Shown in pieces: positions 11,135 to 11,756 of a stretch of DNA of 11,756 nucleotides. Numbering within the stretch: the first letter of the stretch is position 1; each line of letters begins with the position of its first letter. A model generated the notes under the pieces. That model made no database searches. It worked only from the letters and a program-made list of their open reading frames with translations, and was not told the DNA's origin. The position numbers were made by a program, and so were the translations under genes. This DNA is from Paraspadella gotoi (Eukaryota > Animalia > Chaetognatha): NCBI GenBank assembly GCA_051294375.1, contig CM119265.1, forward strand, positions 27,295,969-27,307,724, written 5' to 3'.

Positions 11135-11756
11135 NNNNNNNNNNNNNNNNNNNNNNNNNNNNNNNNNNNNNNNNNNNNNNNNNNNNNNNNNNNNNNNNNN
11201 NNNNNNNNNNNNNNNNNNNNNNNNNNNNNNNNNNNNNNNNNNNNNNNNNNNNNNNNNNNNNNNNNNNNNNNNNNNNNNNNNNNNNNNNNNNNNNNNNNNN
11301 NNNNNNNNNNNNNNNNNNNNNNNNNNNNNNNTTATTTATGCTACTTTTAAAAATTAACAAAAACTCAAAAATCTGAAAAAAATTATGAGAGAAATGTGTG
11401 TCAAGTCAATCCTAGTGATAACAAAAAACTCACGAAATAAATGACGACAGAAATGAAGCGAATTCTATTATTTTTTCTTTCCTTCGACAGACGGCGCGCA
11501 GGGGGATCCCGTCGTTAAAACAAAAGACGTCGATTCCCTTTTGTCCGAATTTTTTTTTGGTTTTCACTTTGGAGAAACGAAAATATTTTTCGAGTGAAAG
11601 GAAATTAATTTAAAAAAAAAATGACGATAATTCGAGAAATATTGGATCGTGATGATTCGTTTTTATTTCTCTCTTTCGTCAATGTATCTTTCTTTTTTTC
11701 TTGAACTTACTTTTTTTCTTTCCTTCTTTCTGTCTTTCTTTCTTTCTTTCTTTCTT

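Overview
This is eukaryotic (animal, probably invertebrate) draft-genome sequence, not a prokaryotic locus. It is AT-rich and dense in (GA/CT)n and (GTC/GAC)n microsatellites, with nine N gaps. The only well-supported gene content is two small + strand exons (10105-10223 and 10473-10537), which the ORF track missed. Spliced together they encode one complete LIM domain (CAGC..H..C..C..C..C..D) that most resembles LIM1 of an Lmx1/lim-6-type LIM-homeobox factor; the rest of that gene is not recognisable in the window. The dominant structure is a ~1.1-1.2 kb inverted repeat (6499-7680 vs 8821-9934) bounded by CT/GA tracts, just upstream of the LIM exon. Its indel-rich divergence and two gaps of exactly 25 N suggest a long-read gap-filling artefact more than a real foldback, though this needs testing. 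Smaller oddities are a 249-bp intron packed with motifs antisense to the 5' splice site, an 18-bp bZIP-site-like minisatellite and a dispersed repeat fragment. No listed ORF is supported as a real protein. I found no convincing evidence of a new biological system.
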